DNA of 64,000 bases from Ophelia neglecta (lineage: Eukaryota), in the NCBI GenBank assembly GCA_965285935.1, contig OZ260663.1, forward strand, positions 1,240,001-1,304,000. The letters run 5' to 3'. Both the position numbers and the translations under genes were made by a program. Each line of letters begins with the position of its first letter. Positions within the stretch are counted from its first letter, which is position 1. The notes beneath the pieces are model-generated. The model was not told the origin of the DNA. It saw only the letters and a program-made list of their open reading frames with translations, and did not search any database. Shown one piece after another: positions 9,901 through 22,400 of the stretch.

Positions 9901-12205
9901 GATGTGCGCTATTGCTTCTGGGTTGTATTGTGTGATAAAAACAATCTGGGAACTTTGTCAAAGCATGAAGGATAATGATGTTGTTGCAATGCATTTGGCC
10001 AGTAAGTTATCTTTGCAATAAGATAGCAGAGAAGAATTGTTAAAATTAATTTGCCAATCATTTGGGCATCTCTGTGACAAACATGTGTAAATTTGATTTG
10101 TTATGAAAGCTTAATAAATCGTTTTTAATAATTTGCTTGATTTACTATGTTTTTCGTATTCCAATAATGAATTGTGCAATACACTGATTTACTATGTATT
10201 CCATCTTCTCATTGTTAATTCTACAATATGCGTATCAAGTTGTAAAAAAAACCCATTCAATCTCTATTAAGACACCTGTGGTATATGATAACCACCCAAT
10301 ATGGTTTCTAACCAAGGTCTGCTGGCTAGTACACACCAGTTGACTAGACATGCATATATAGTGTGTATGTGATAAATGTTTACATGTTACTCACCTGCTG
10401 TGACCTTTTTGGAAAAGTTCTCCCTATGAGCTGACCCTGTCTCCTTGTCTCCTTGCTCTCCGTGTCTCCTTGTCCACACTGGTCGGGGCAATAGGAATTG
10501 TCCCAGCTGCTCGGACGAACCCGGTAATCGCCCTGTGGTGAAATCAAAACTACCTAAATGACTGCAAGTACCAATGCATTATTTTTGCAACTGCGAATCT
10601 TTGCATTTATCCGTAGTTGATGTTTTATACCTTGTCTAGTGCGTGTCCCAGCATTAATATGTTCTTGTAGCTGCTTTAATGCGCTGATAGGTCTACACAT
10701 CAACACGTCTAACAGTAGTTCAGCACGTTCATGTGTTGTTTTCCTGTGTTGAATTTCTTCTTTCTGAGCTGCAGTGACGGCCCCTATTCCTACTAGTTTA
10801 TTCAGGTTGTCAGGTGCACCAATCTCCTTTAAGCCATCTACATAGTTTATCATATGCGGTCCCATGGACCTTTTATCCTTTTTTGTAAGAACGTCGAGGT
10901 GGCCTGGAAAGTGAATAAAAGATATCGACCAACGCGTGTAGTGAAGTTAGGTGGAGGCATTACGTAGTTGTAACTATAATGGCTAAGCGTGGGTTGTTGA
11001 CACGGTATTAAGTCTCATGTGCTAGTATAAGCTAAGGCCGATGTAATGTTGTGCCTCATTGCTCAATCTTATTAATACCCTAATATATGATGTTTAAATA
11101 CCTTCGCGTATGATAAGGGAACTTAAATGTTCCTGGGATGACTTGGTCAACGCATCACAAAACTTCTCTATCCTAGCATCATTGGCGCCCTTTTGTACAA
11201 TCAGCACAAGAGCTTCGGCTTTAGTTAACCTTCCGACTGTGGCTTCTATAGTCTGCCTTTGGTTGTCAGTGATAACGTCGTTTGCGCAGAGCTCTAGGAG
11301 GAAATGTCCCTCAAATCGGATGTTGTTGATTAGGGTGTCTTCGTGCATTTTCAATTTTGCCAATAATCTAGATTGTACTTTTACGATGGCACCTGTAATA
11401 TTTCAACAGTGTATTGTGAGTCAGGAAATGGAGGCTAAAGGAAAACTTTGATATATACAAGATAAGCTGTAAGACCAAATCGACTATATGTTCCATTTCC
11501 TTTGTTTCATACAGTATGTTTGCAGTATGCCTATATTTATCTTATTGTATACACTATTTGGGCTCGGTTTGCCTTCTACAATTACTTTTGTGACATACTG
11601 TGCGGGCCGGTAGGCCTGTTATATTTACTTTTATGACCCACTGTATGGGTCGGCCGGCTTGTCATATTTACTTTTATGACCCACTGTATGGGCCGTCCGG
11701 CTTGTTATATTTACTTTTATGACACACTATATAGGCTGCCGGCTTGTTATATTTACCTTTATTTTTGTGTCTTGTTTTCATGACTCTCAGAACTTCATAC
11801 TGCTTGGATACCTCTAATGTGTCAAGAATTGCAGCGAATTGATATTTGGAGCCTCTGTGTATTATATCAAGTAGCGCGGCAGCCTGCCGCCCGGGCGTGG
11901 TTCCAGATTTGATTTCGTCTTTCTGCTCTGTAGTAATCACTTTCAGCTGACAGAGAGGCTGGAGCATGGGAGCTGTATCGAGATTCCTGACCAGATAATC
12001 ACGGTGAGATAGCAGGTGTTCGCGTGTCTCTTTGTCGAGACGTTCATTGTCTTCTACAAATAATGGGACAGGGAACTTAGAGTTTAATATCCAAGATTTT
12101 CTTGTCTAAAAGACAGAAATGTTTATATCGACAGACGAATTCGACGATTAATGTGAGTTTCTTACCTAGGGCGACATTGCCTTCATACACATAGGAGGTG
12201 GCCAT
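799..12205 (-). CDS. NLR-family gene (CARD-CARD-CARD-linker-NACHT-WH-HD2 plus repeated LRR-like modules), multi-exon; 3' end lies beyond the window start
   Basis: Phase-compatible exons: 12205-12166, 12053-11757, 11392-11102, 10903-10631, 10532-10395, 7655-7518 (or 7626), 7107/7246-5517, 2219-2001, 999-799. NACHT motifs are unambiguous. Confidence 0.85.
2001..2219 (-). CDS. NLR C-terminal repeat-module exon, copy 1 (73 codons, phase 2-2)
   Basis: tttcag acceptor, AA|gtaagt donor; LEKQYCVSLMRMITPENQGRLVPLLDGCVLERGQDIDTERGGKLDLQDMTLTMEDLKAVAQYVTHSKDISCL carries an LxLxxxxLTxED first-LRR-like motif. Confidence 0.8.
2320..4432. repeat. Second array of the ~41-bp satellite, interrupted by a LINE insertion at 3140-4227
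   Basis: Same consensus at 2320-3139 and 4228-4432 (ttcaccagtc-like motifs at 4321, 4362 and 4403). Confidence 0.85.
3140..4227 (+). mobile_element. 5'-truncated, internally deleted I-group (I/Nimb-like) LINE with RNase H and CCHC domains
   Basis: FLPHIKYLRQSCQKALNLLRVVS, SSIFTAEITAIDLAL, FVIASDSMSSLQAL, WVPSHVGIKGNEAAD, LRIGH...CEGCQCQITIQHILWEC; (aatcc)n tail; 11-bp TSD cctagagtcga at 3129-3139 and 4228-4238. Confidence 0.9.
5517..7246 (-). CDS. NLR NACHT-WH-HD2 exon (5' boundary 7246 or 7107)
   Basis: Walker A RVLILGAAGSGKST, Walker B ILLLVDGVDEL, sensor-1 VLFTSRP, IFGF, CTLPL, winged-helix FLHFSLQEFLCAL; CTGAG|gtacgt phase-2 donor. Confidence 0.95.
7518..7655 (-). CDS. Probable second NLR linker exon (138 nt with GC donor, or 30 nt with GT donor at 7626)
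   Basis: ttactcag acceptor; open frame SPSTKLQPEGIHFPSSMPESGHAHDTRSLRRGRLNPGTMNTNERP; CAG|gcaagt or GAAG|gtattc donor, both phase 1. Confidence 0.5.
8862..9090 (+). mobile_element. Remnant of a CR1/L2-group LINE ORF2 C-terminus
   Basis: Translates as RLCKLCNDGVKDEKHFLLTC...KFTYLMSS, the zinc-finger tail typical of these LINEs. Confidence 0.65.
10395..10532 (-). CDS. NLR linker exon (138 nt)
   Basis: cacag acceptor, CAG|gtgagt donor, open in phase 1 (RLPGSSEQLGQFLLPRPVWTRRHGEQGDKETGSAHRENFSKKVTA). Confidence 0.65.
10631..10903 (-). CDS. NLR CARD-like exon 3 (divergent)
   Basis: LNKLVGIGAVTAAQKEEIQHRKTTHERAELLLDVLMCRPISALKQL matches CARD helices 2-5; ttccag acceptor, CAAG|gtataa donor, phase 1-1. 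Confidence 0.75.
11102..11392 (-). CDS. NLR CARD exon 2
   Basis: LKMHEDTLINNIRFEGHFLLELCANDVITDNQRQTIEATVGRLTKAEALVLIVQKGANDARIEKFCDALTKSSQEHLSSLI is CARD-like; ttacag acceptor, GAAG|gtattt donor, phase 1-1. Confidence 0.85.
11580..11756 (-). repeat. 42-43-bp tandem repeat starting at the CARD-1 exon donor
   Basis: Minus-strand gtaaat/gtaatt recurs at 11756, 11714, 11671, 11628 and 11585. Confidence 0.85.
11757..12053 (-). CDS. NLR CARD exon 1
   Basis: REHLLSHRDYLVRNLDTAPMLQPLCQLKVITTEQKDEIKSGTTPGRQAAALLDIIHRGSKYQFAAILDTLEVSKQYEVL fits the CARD pattern; tgtag acceptor, AAG|gtaaat donor, phase 1-1. Confidence 0.85.
12166..12205 (-). CDS. NLR first coding exon (MATSYVYEGNVAL)
   Basis: AAAATGG start context; CTAG|gtaaga phase-1 donor; tttgcag acceptor upstream with the exon starting at 12267, so 5'UTR exons lie further upstream. 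Confidence 0.7.
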
Positions 12206-13499
12206 TTTGCTCTTTTAGTTTGATCTTATAGTGGCCTCGAACAGATACCAAGGCATTTATTCCCGGACTGCAAACACTATAGATAATATTATATGATGTG
12301 ATTACAGTAAAATCGTTAAACAATTCGATTTTTCCAATAAAGTTTTATTTAACTGTAAAAAAGTACCAAAATAACTTGAAATGAAAGGCAAAACATCCAC
12401 ATACAGCTGATTAGTATTGTTAACCAACACACTACGCAAGAGGCAAACAAGAGTCTATCGCAGAACGCGCTTAATAGAACAGTGATTAATAGAAAAGTAT
12501 ACATACATAATTCCAAAAGCATGGAAGCATATTAACACTTTAATACTACTATTTTTTCATAATTGTGGAGTTAAAGCTTAACCCCGATAAACATTTCTTT
12601 ATAATCTGCCAAAAAACGTAATCTGACAACAAATATTTATAAATATTATGGAACCATTTTTGAAAAATAAACAAAATTTCGAACGGCTCGATAGATCCAA
12701 TGACAAACTTGTAAATTCTATTAAGGAAACATGTCAAATCCATATTATATAATTATTTAAAATAGCATAAACCACTGCAATTCTCATGAGGCACGGCTGT
12801 AGTTTTCCCATGCACAGTACTTTCTTGAATATCGCACGCTTTGTCAGTTATTCTGTACACCGGACCAGACCGGAGGTGTTTGCATTTTTACATTTGTATT
12901 TGTAGCCACATGTATATACGGTTACCCACTTGTTATTCTCAATTTCGGACTGTATTTCGTCCGAGTTGTCGACTTAGTCAACCATGTTGGCTTTCTATTG
13001 CGGCTTTGTCGCTCTGCACGCGAATTGCCTAGATACGTTGTTTAGCAGTTATTTCCGTATTAAAGTGCATGTGTTTGTGTTATTCATATATTTTATTCTT
13101 ACTCTTTGCCTACATGAGTGTTTGAGGGGATTTACGCAGGTGCTTTACTTTTTTTGCCCATTTTGAGTTGTGATGATAGGTGTTGCTCGTCGCCCTTCAT
13201 CAGCCAGGAGCTTGTGACCTATCTGACTTTACCGGACCTTATAGGACCTCACAGGACATTCCAGGATCTCTAAAAACCTCGCTATGCTTCATTTCCCCTT
13301 ATCTTTGGCGGAGGCCTCCGTTATCCTCACTTTAATACCTACCTGCACCTGCTTAGTCCTCATTGCCCTGTCTTCTACAGTTCCTAGCACAAGGCTCAGC
13401 TCATATAGCTGTTCATTAGGATCTACACAAGCGTGTGGCAAGGAGTAACACCGGTGCCTTACCATGTAACATTGTATATTGTCGTTATTCACTTGCATG

Positions 13500-16400
13500 T
13501 TTGATTGGTTCAATCCCCGCCATTTGTGTCACATCGTGGTTATTATTGATGTTTGCTTATCAGGGCTGAATAAATGGTGAAATTTACCCACTGCTTTATC
13601 ACTGGCTTACATATACTTAGTGAGGTATAGAGACGAGGGATTAGTCAATAAGATGTAGGAATTTTATCGCCATCGTAGTAGGAAACGGTGACTTCTTTCA
13701 ACCTTATTCAGCCTAATATAGCCCCATAGTATCAACAGCTGGCCGCAATCGGTGATCGTAACAATGTGATCATAATCTTTCCGTTTATTTTGTCGTGTAT
13801 GGGGGTATCACTTCGGGGGGGTATCCTTCATAATGTTTACTTGGAATCACTGGAGGCTTCGACGGGGTATCCACGGAAATGTCGAGAGGAAAATTTAGAG
13901 AATCAAAATGGATATATCAGGGGGGAGTTGATGGGGAAGCAAGGAATGAGGAATGTGGAGGCGGGAATTTCCAGGGAGAACGCCGGTGTGTGCAATGGTC
14001 AAGGGGGCGACCATCGAATGCGTATAATCATTATATGGTAAATTGGTGTGTGCATGTGATCATTTGACTGGTATTAAAATGTTTGTGGCATCCAGTTTTG
14101 AAAGTGAGGTCCATTCTTTTTTAAATGCGTGTCAAAATAATGTCCACGAAGTTCGTTTTAAATTTGCTGCGAGCGCAGCGCCTGCAGCTCAGCGCTGACT
14201 TCGGGTAAGACGCGCAATGACAAAGCTTTATACACCTAGTTGTGTAGGGATATTAACTGCGGGGTATAAAAAGAACTGACAGCTGGCAAACAACCAGCGA
14301 TGTCTGTGTCAGCATCGGCGGGTAATTAACAAGATAAAAAGTGATAAACAAGTCATTAACAAGTGTCCTGAGACGTGATCGGACTAGGTGCCCGGCTGCG
14401 AGGAAAGAAATACGATATAACTAACCTTAATCAAATCAGGTAAACCGGGTTGGCCACTAAATGACGCCGGGTCTTTATATGATAGAAGCCCTTCGCAACT
14501 TAAACACTATATTATTCGGGGATGCAGCAGGTCTCAAAATTGGGGGTGGGGCTGCGGGGTAGGAAGGTCAGGAAGAAAGGAGCCTGAGGGGGTAGGAAGG
14601 TCAGGATAAAAGAGCCTGGGGGCGGAGTTAGGGAGGGTTGGTCGGAGACCATATGGGTTTAGTGGTTAAGGCCATATTTGGGCATGGGTATGCGGGAACG
14701 TGTATGGGTGTACGAAAGTGTGGGAGGGAGGAGTTAGTGCGCTAAACCTGTTTGCAACATGACAACCAGGCTTTTGGCTTGAATGTAAAGCTATACCTAA
14801 ATCTGCGCGTGACCCCTACACAACTGCTCCCAAACAAAGCTAATTCTATCCAGGCCGGACATTTAACGACACTGCTTAGCCCGAACTAATAAACTTGCAT
14901 CTTAATGTTCTCCTTACGACACGTCACACGACTAAACCCCCTCTAAATCCGTCCCAGACATCTGACGCCACTCACCATTGGACACCTACAGCTAATACAA
15001 CCAAAGGATCCCATACCCCCCCCCCCCCCTCCGGCTAACCACTTCTAAACCACCCGGACACATAGGGTTAAGCTGTCCCACCGCCAAATCTGCTCCTGCT
15101 GAGTCATTATCATAAATATTGGTCAATGATCAAATTGATCTACAACTTTAGCCGGCGATGACTGTGCCAGGATCGACAGGTAATTAACGAGACAACAGGT
15201 GATAAACAAGTCACAAACAAGTGTCGTGGGACGTGATCTGACTATATGCACAGTTGTATAGACGGAAACACGATATAACAGCAACAGAACATAGCGTAAA
15301 ATTACAAAAAATCTATAAACTAAAAACAATAGTTACCTGTGCAATATCCCAAGTAAATTGCCCATGGAATTTCCCAGATAATGGTAAAAGGTGTAACTTC
15401 AAATTGATTCCTTAGCTTTACCTATAATAGTGCACTTAAAAAGTCTCATGCACCTGTGTTTTCTGGGTTTGGGGCCACTTACTAAATAGCTGAAATTTCC
15501 TTTAGTACGGTAAACTTGCCCTCTGTACTTCAAAGAACCTGTGTTTTAATGCAGTCGGTACAAAAGACACTGTAATTAGGGACCCTTTATTATTTGTGCC
15601 AAAGAGGCATGCATGTTGATTTTGTGTGCCCGTGTGGGAGAAGGGGGGATTATTTTTTGTCGGGTGGGGGGGGGGGGGTAACATTTCTTTTACTATCACT
15701 GCCTCACTTAGCCCTCTAAAAAGGCAAACATAAAGAATAATGGAAAAAGTGCTCATCTTATCAAAAAAGGTGTCTCACAGTACTAAAATACAAAACCTAT
15801 CTTACAGCTCCCCCTAACCACCAGCTGATGCACGCTCGCACCGCAGCACTTGCATTCTTCAACTTATTATTTGCCTCCCCCCTCCCCCCCCCCCCTCCCA
15901 ACTGTCTCGGATAGGAAAAATACTAGGATCAAGGATCTGGTATTTTCCTTACTGCATAGGGGGGGGGGGGGAGGGGGGGGGGTCAAATATCTTTTAGGAC
16001 CTATCGTGGGGAGTGGTCAGGATTTGTTACCGGGACACTTACATGTAGGTTCTATTGGCCTGGACTAAATAATATCTAGCAGTTTGGAAAAAATCACATA
16101 TTACAGATGGTAATGAACAAGTTGAAGGAACAATAACAAATTGGTTTGTTTCTATTGATTCCCAGGCATTTACTAGAGTTTACACCGTAATTGCAATTAT
16201 TTTACAGCTTTACACCCGCTTTGACCTCCGCCTCCGTGGCACCTCCGCGTTGTATCGTAAGCCGTGCAGATTTTATGCGCACTTTATTTTCCAAGCAAAA
16301 AGGTATGGCACCTCAATTAAACAAGCAATGTCTTGGCGGGGTGGGGCCAAATACGGCAAAGCGTTAATAAGAAATATGACATTTGTGTTTGGTAACAAAG

Positions 16401-19400
16401 AGGAATAAAACAGGGTTCGTGCCAGGCGGAGAAGAACATGGGTTAGGTATATGGGTCGATTTAGAGAGCTAGGTCAGTCCGAGTGAAGTGAGTTATGGAG
16501 GTTTGGGACGGATTTAGGGGCGAGTCTATTAGAGAGTGTTGGGTTAAGGGCCCTGAGTTGTTTGTAGGAGGTGGGCCGGCTAGAGGCAAGTGGGTTAAGG
16601 TGCGTCGGCCAGCTGTAGGGGTTTGTTTTTTCAGGGGGAGGTGGGGAAAGGGGCCTGAGCCGGCTGTAGGTGGGTCGGTAAGATGGAGGTCGCGTATAAA
16701 TTAGATGGTAAATTGGGGTGTACATGTTTGTGGGATCCATTTTTGAAAGTGAGGTCCATTTTTTTATATGCATTTTGGCTTTTGGGAAAGTGCGGTTTAG
16801 TTAATGCTACCTTTATGATAAAATTATTGTTTTCAATTTGGCTTGGCTTTTTTTGCTACGGACAAAGGACATTGCATCTATACAATGACCTCAGTACAGT
16901 TCAGCCTTTGTAAATTCACTGCTCCGTAACGAAGAATTTGTAAGGGCTGCGCCTCGTTGGGGCACTGTTGATCGGGCACGTTTTGGGAACGTCGGCGAAA
17001 GGTTAATGTAATGATAAGTTATACAGTGGCGCTCACGTGGAACTGTAGTCATCCCCGCGGGCCACGTAAGGGGAAAACAAGGGGATTACACGTGGAATTT
17101 GATTTCGGCCGAGGCCAATTACGTGGAAATACGCGGAAATGCGGGGCATTATTTTCACACTTGTCGGCAATCCACGCATTTATCAATGCGGGGGAAATAC
17201 GTGGTTGAAATTCTGCAGCTCCACACCGTAATAACCATCTGAACTGTTTCCTATGTTAATCATTCACTTTGCTAAAAGGTCGTTTTATAATCCCGTTTAC
17301 TTGTTTACGTTAAATTGGCATCAATCGTTGTAGCATACACGCTTTAGGCGGGTTTGAAAATGGTATTTGACAGCGGTAATTTAAGAATATATAACACAGT
17401 AGTTTTTGTTGGATAACGTAAAATAATTCATCACTATCTATAAATCAATAAATAGGTCTAAAACGCATATCGGAAAGATTTAACGCCGCCTGGAATTGTA
17501 TCACTACTGTCACACCGCGATCGCCGTCCATTTATTCATTCATCGTGGCGCGAACATCTTTAGTGGTGTTATATCTGTCCAGTTGTGATAATTATACATA
17601 TACCGGGTATATCCTTTGAGTATTCGTAATTTGATAAATCAATTATTCTGATTTAGTGATCAATGCAATACACAAGATTGTGTATAAAAAGACAAATATC
17701 TGAAACGTTGGCACTTTACATTAGTTTTGGTCTGGGATGGGAAGGAATTAATCGTGATATCTAGAGACAAATTAAAATTTTAGTGACCCGTGATGAATCC
17801 TCACCCACCCTCTTCTTCACACTAAACTGATTGGAATTATTTGTTTTAAAAGATTGCGCTCGCGTTTCTCGTAAGCATGCAGAACTATGCTGCATAATAC
17901 TCAAGTTTAATTAGATCATACATGCAGTAGCGGCAATCCACTCCCAAATTTAGCTATTTTACTTCTGAATTAAATTATAACCCCGCAATTAAACAGCAAA
18001 AAAGCCATTTAGACACGGCTTCTGTTTAAATGGGTCACAATATTTAGGGACATTCAGTGGCAGAGCTTCATAAAAGTGTTCAAAAACATCAACCGCCTCA
18101 AAGACACGTGGCCGGTAGCTTTTATGCCAATAGGCCTCTACACTAGGAGTACACAGTGCGCTGTGGCTATTTTTAGTCGGCACGTGGCCCGTAAATCCAG
18201 AGCGCTCTTTCGCGCCAAAAGAATGTAAGTGAAAGCAGGGGGGGGGGGGGGACTTTTACAAATGGTACGATAATGACCCCTGATTGTGCTACGCATTCAG
18301 AGACGCCGTCGAGGACATGTTATGTTAAAACTGTCAAATTTTAATTTACCATTCTAATTTGAACGCTGACTGAAAAGAATCCATATTATATGTCGGGCCT
18401 TGAAAGGAAACACGTCGAGATTGACCGTGAATTTAACCTTGTGAATCAAACAATAGATCACTGTAAGACTTCAGAAGACTTTGAAGGGATGAAACAGTCA
18501 AGACTATTTTCAAGTTATGCACTTCTTTATTATGCTTAAGACACAATGATAAATACAAACAAATATGCATATACCTATAAAAGGCAAACAATCATTACCA
18601 ATTGTAAAAACCCAAGTGTCAAGTAAAATTGATTTTTAAAAAGTCTGCATTTGGTGCTCTGTGAAATGTAGGTGTTAATTAATTACTACTAAAATGTATC
18701 AGGGTGTCTCTGTCATATTAATGAAATTGAAATCATAGAACTAAATCTCCCACGCACAGGCCTACATGCTCAATGTTAAATTGGGTATTTCATTTTGATA
18801 TTCTGTCACTGACATATTTTTATTTTGATCTAGTATATACACGCTCAAACATTCCCATCTCGCTTAGAGATTTATTTTTTGCTATAATTTCTTCTGAGGA
18901 AGGCCAGGAAGAAAGGAGCCTGAGGGGGTAGGAAGGTCAGGATAAAAGAGCCTGAGGGGCGGAGTTAGGGAGGGGTTGGTCGGAGACCATATGGGTTTAG
19001 TAATTAAGGCGATATTTGGGCATGGGTACGTTGGAGGACTACAAGTGTATGCGCGCGCCCATGGGCGTGGTTGCGTGCGTTCTTGTGTTTGCGCGCGGGA
19101 ACTTGTATGGGTGTTCGAAGAGGGGCAGGGGCATTAATGCGCTTAACCTTTTTGCAAAATGACAACCAGGATTTTTGGCTCGAATGTAAACCCATACCTT
19201 AATCTACACCACTGCTCCCCAACACACCAATTTGTAATTTCCAGGCCGAACATGTAGCGACACTGCTGGGCCCGAACTAATGAACTTACATTTTACGACA
19301 AGTCACACGACTTCTAAATCCGCCCCAGACCACTGACGCAACTCACCATTGGAAACCTACAGATAATACAACCAAAAGATCCCATGCGGTATTCCCGAAT

Positions 19401-22400
19401 TTTTCCCTATCAATTGGGTATCTTTTTCATAAGGATTCTATCTAATGGGTTTTTTCACAAATATGCTGGCAAATGGGTCATCGCATTTGTATGCCTATCA
19501 AAACCGCTTTATTTTAACTTTAATACAGAACATTGACCATACAGTGATATTATGAAAAATAGCTACGGCAAACATAAAAAAGGTTTCAAAATACCGTTTC
19601 AAAATTGTTTCTATCATGATGACCCCCTTTTTCAAAGCTATGTGGAGCACGCCTAATATAAAATATATTGATTTTTATATAATTTTAACCGGACCGTTAG
19701 TACATCTAGTATAAGACCGGCCAATAATTTTCTTCTAATTTTGATAAAAATGCAAGTAAATAATATTAATAAACATTATCAATGTGTGCTTACTTATAAA
19801 TTGAAGTGGCCAATATATACATATTGATATGGTCAGTAGGGCCTAATGTATTTGATATAAGCACACAGAAAACAAGGCGTTTAGAAACCAGTTGAAAGGG
19901 ATAAGAAGCATGTCTGTCGTAAAATCACTTTTGGAAAAAGTCAAAGCAAGAGTAGGATCCCCCTCCCCTCCCAAATTATTTTATTTGTTTAAAACACTGC
20001 GAATCGCCTGAACTGCAAGAACAATAAAAGTGCTTGCTCAAATTTTGTGGAAAAAGTCCCAGATCACCCCCCCTCTAAACAGACCACCTCCAAAATGAGT
20101 CCAGTATTTTCCAGTCTCTATGGTGGTCTCAATTCACAGATTTCACTGTATATATATACCCGACACCTCCCCCCTTCTGCTCTCCCAAGTAGGAGAGTTT
20201 TCATCCCTCCCCCCGGTGATCATTAAATCCAAACCGTATTAACACTTTCTCATATGAGAAATGGGGAAAAATGCGCCAAAAAATGTTCATGCTATGTGAA
20301 ACTCTAACACATCCCCTGGTTTCCAAAGAGAGTAACTGGCCCATTGGTGATCGTTAAACCACAAGGCAACATTGTTTTTACGCGCGAATCACCCTCCACT
20401 CTAGTGATCATCTGCAACACCCCCCCCCTCCACCCACCTGTGTAATTTTCTCCATACCTGACCCCCCCCCCGTCCGTCCCCCAGTCCATTTTTCCTGAGT
20501 CCCCTGTTGATCATTGAACTTTAGATCCGCCAACCCCAAACTTATGAATGTAATAGCCCTTACACTGTTTAAGGAAGGGAATCAAATATTACCTACAAAT
20601 ATTTAGCTTTTCATAGATTTATTTTGAGGTCAAACTATATAAAAAACACATATAGTATGAATTGTGAAAATATATATTCTTTCCAATGACCAAATTGACC
20701 TATAACTTCATCCGGCGATGACTGTGCCAGGATCGGCATGTAATTAACGAGATAACAGGTGATAAACAAGTCATAATCAAGTGTCGTGGGACGTGATCTG
20801 ACTATATCCACAGTTGTAAAGACAGAAACACGATATAACAGCAACAGAACATAGCGTAAAATAACACAAATTCTATAAACTAAAATCAATAGTAACCTGT
20901 GCAATATCCCAAGTCAATTGCCCATGGAATTTCTCAGATAATGGTAAAAGGTGTAACTTCAAATTGATTCCTTTGCTTTATCTATAATAGCGCACTTAAA
21001 AAGTGTCATGCACCTGTGTTTTCTGGGTTTGGGGCCACTTAGCAAATCGCTGAAATTTCCTATAGTACGGTAAACTTGCCCTCTGAACTTCACAATTAGG
21101 GACCCTTCATTATTTGTGCCAAAGTGAGGTGCATGTTAATTTTGTGTGCCCGTGTTGGGGAAGGGGGATTATCTTTGGTCCTGGGGTGGGGTGGGTGGGT
21201 TGGGGGGGGGGGGGGGTTGTTGATGTAAAGGTTGGGGGTGGGGGGTGGGGGTGGTGGATGTAACATTTTTTTACTGTCACTGCCTCACTTTAGGAATTAG
21301 GAATAGCGTCACAGCAGGTAACTAGGGGCAACATAATATTGTTTGGATTTGGGTAGGCAACATGAACAGACTGAGGAAGGCCCCTACATGGGCCGGGACT
21401 AAATAATATCTAGCAGTTTGGAAAAAATCACATATTACAGATGGTAATGAACAAGTTGAAGGAACAATAACAAATTGTTTTTTCTATTGATTCCCAGGCA
21501 TTTACTAGAGTTTACACCGTAATTGCAATTATTTTACAGCTTTACACCGGCTTTGACCTCCGCCTCCGCGGCACCTCCGCGTTGTATCGTAAGCCGTACA
21601 GATTTTATGCACAATTTATACTCCAAGCAAAAAGGTATGGCACCTCAATTAAAGCAGCGATGGCTTGGCGGGGTGGGGGTGGGGGAGGGGCTGTTTTGGT
21701 TAGGGCCAAGTACAGCAAAGCGTGAATAAGAAATATGACATTTATGTTTGGTAACAAAGAGGAATAAAACAGGGTTCGTACCGGGCGGAGAAGAACATGG
21801 GTTAGGTATATGGGTCGGTTAAGAGAGCTAGGTCAGTCCGCGCGAGTTTAGGAGGTTTGGAACGGATTTAGGTGCGAGTCTTTTAGATGGTGTTGGGGTA
21901 AGGGCCCTGAGTTGTTTGTAGGAGCTGGGCCGGCTAGAGGCAGGTGCGTTAAGGGCCTGGGTCGTATGTAGAGGTTTGTTTTTTCAGGGGGAGGTGGGGA
22001 AAGGGGCCTGGGCCGGATGTAGGCGGTGGGTCGGTAAGGTGGACGTGGGGTAAGGGGCCTTGGCCGAATGTAGGGGTTGGGTCGGTCAGGAGGATGTGGG
22101 CTAAAGGACGTGGGCCGGATGTAGGTAGTCGGCCTGTCGGAGGGAAATGCGATTATAAGCTTGGGCAGGATGCAGGGGGCCGGTCGGTCATTGACTCGTA
22201 TACGGAAAACGGTGATGTAAGAATCAATGTAAGAATGAGTGGAACATTTCATATAGGTTAAACGGTTGAAGGGGATGCAAGGATCAGTGCAGATTCTCCT
22301 TGAGGATATACGGGGTTGGTCGGGTAAAATCAGGGAAGTTTTCCTCTGGGCACATACGGGGAATGGAATTGTGATAACATGTCCTAGGGGATTTACGGGG

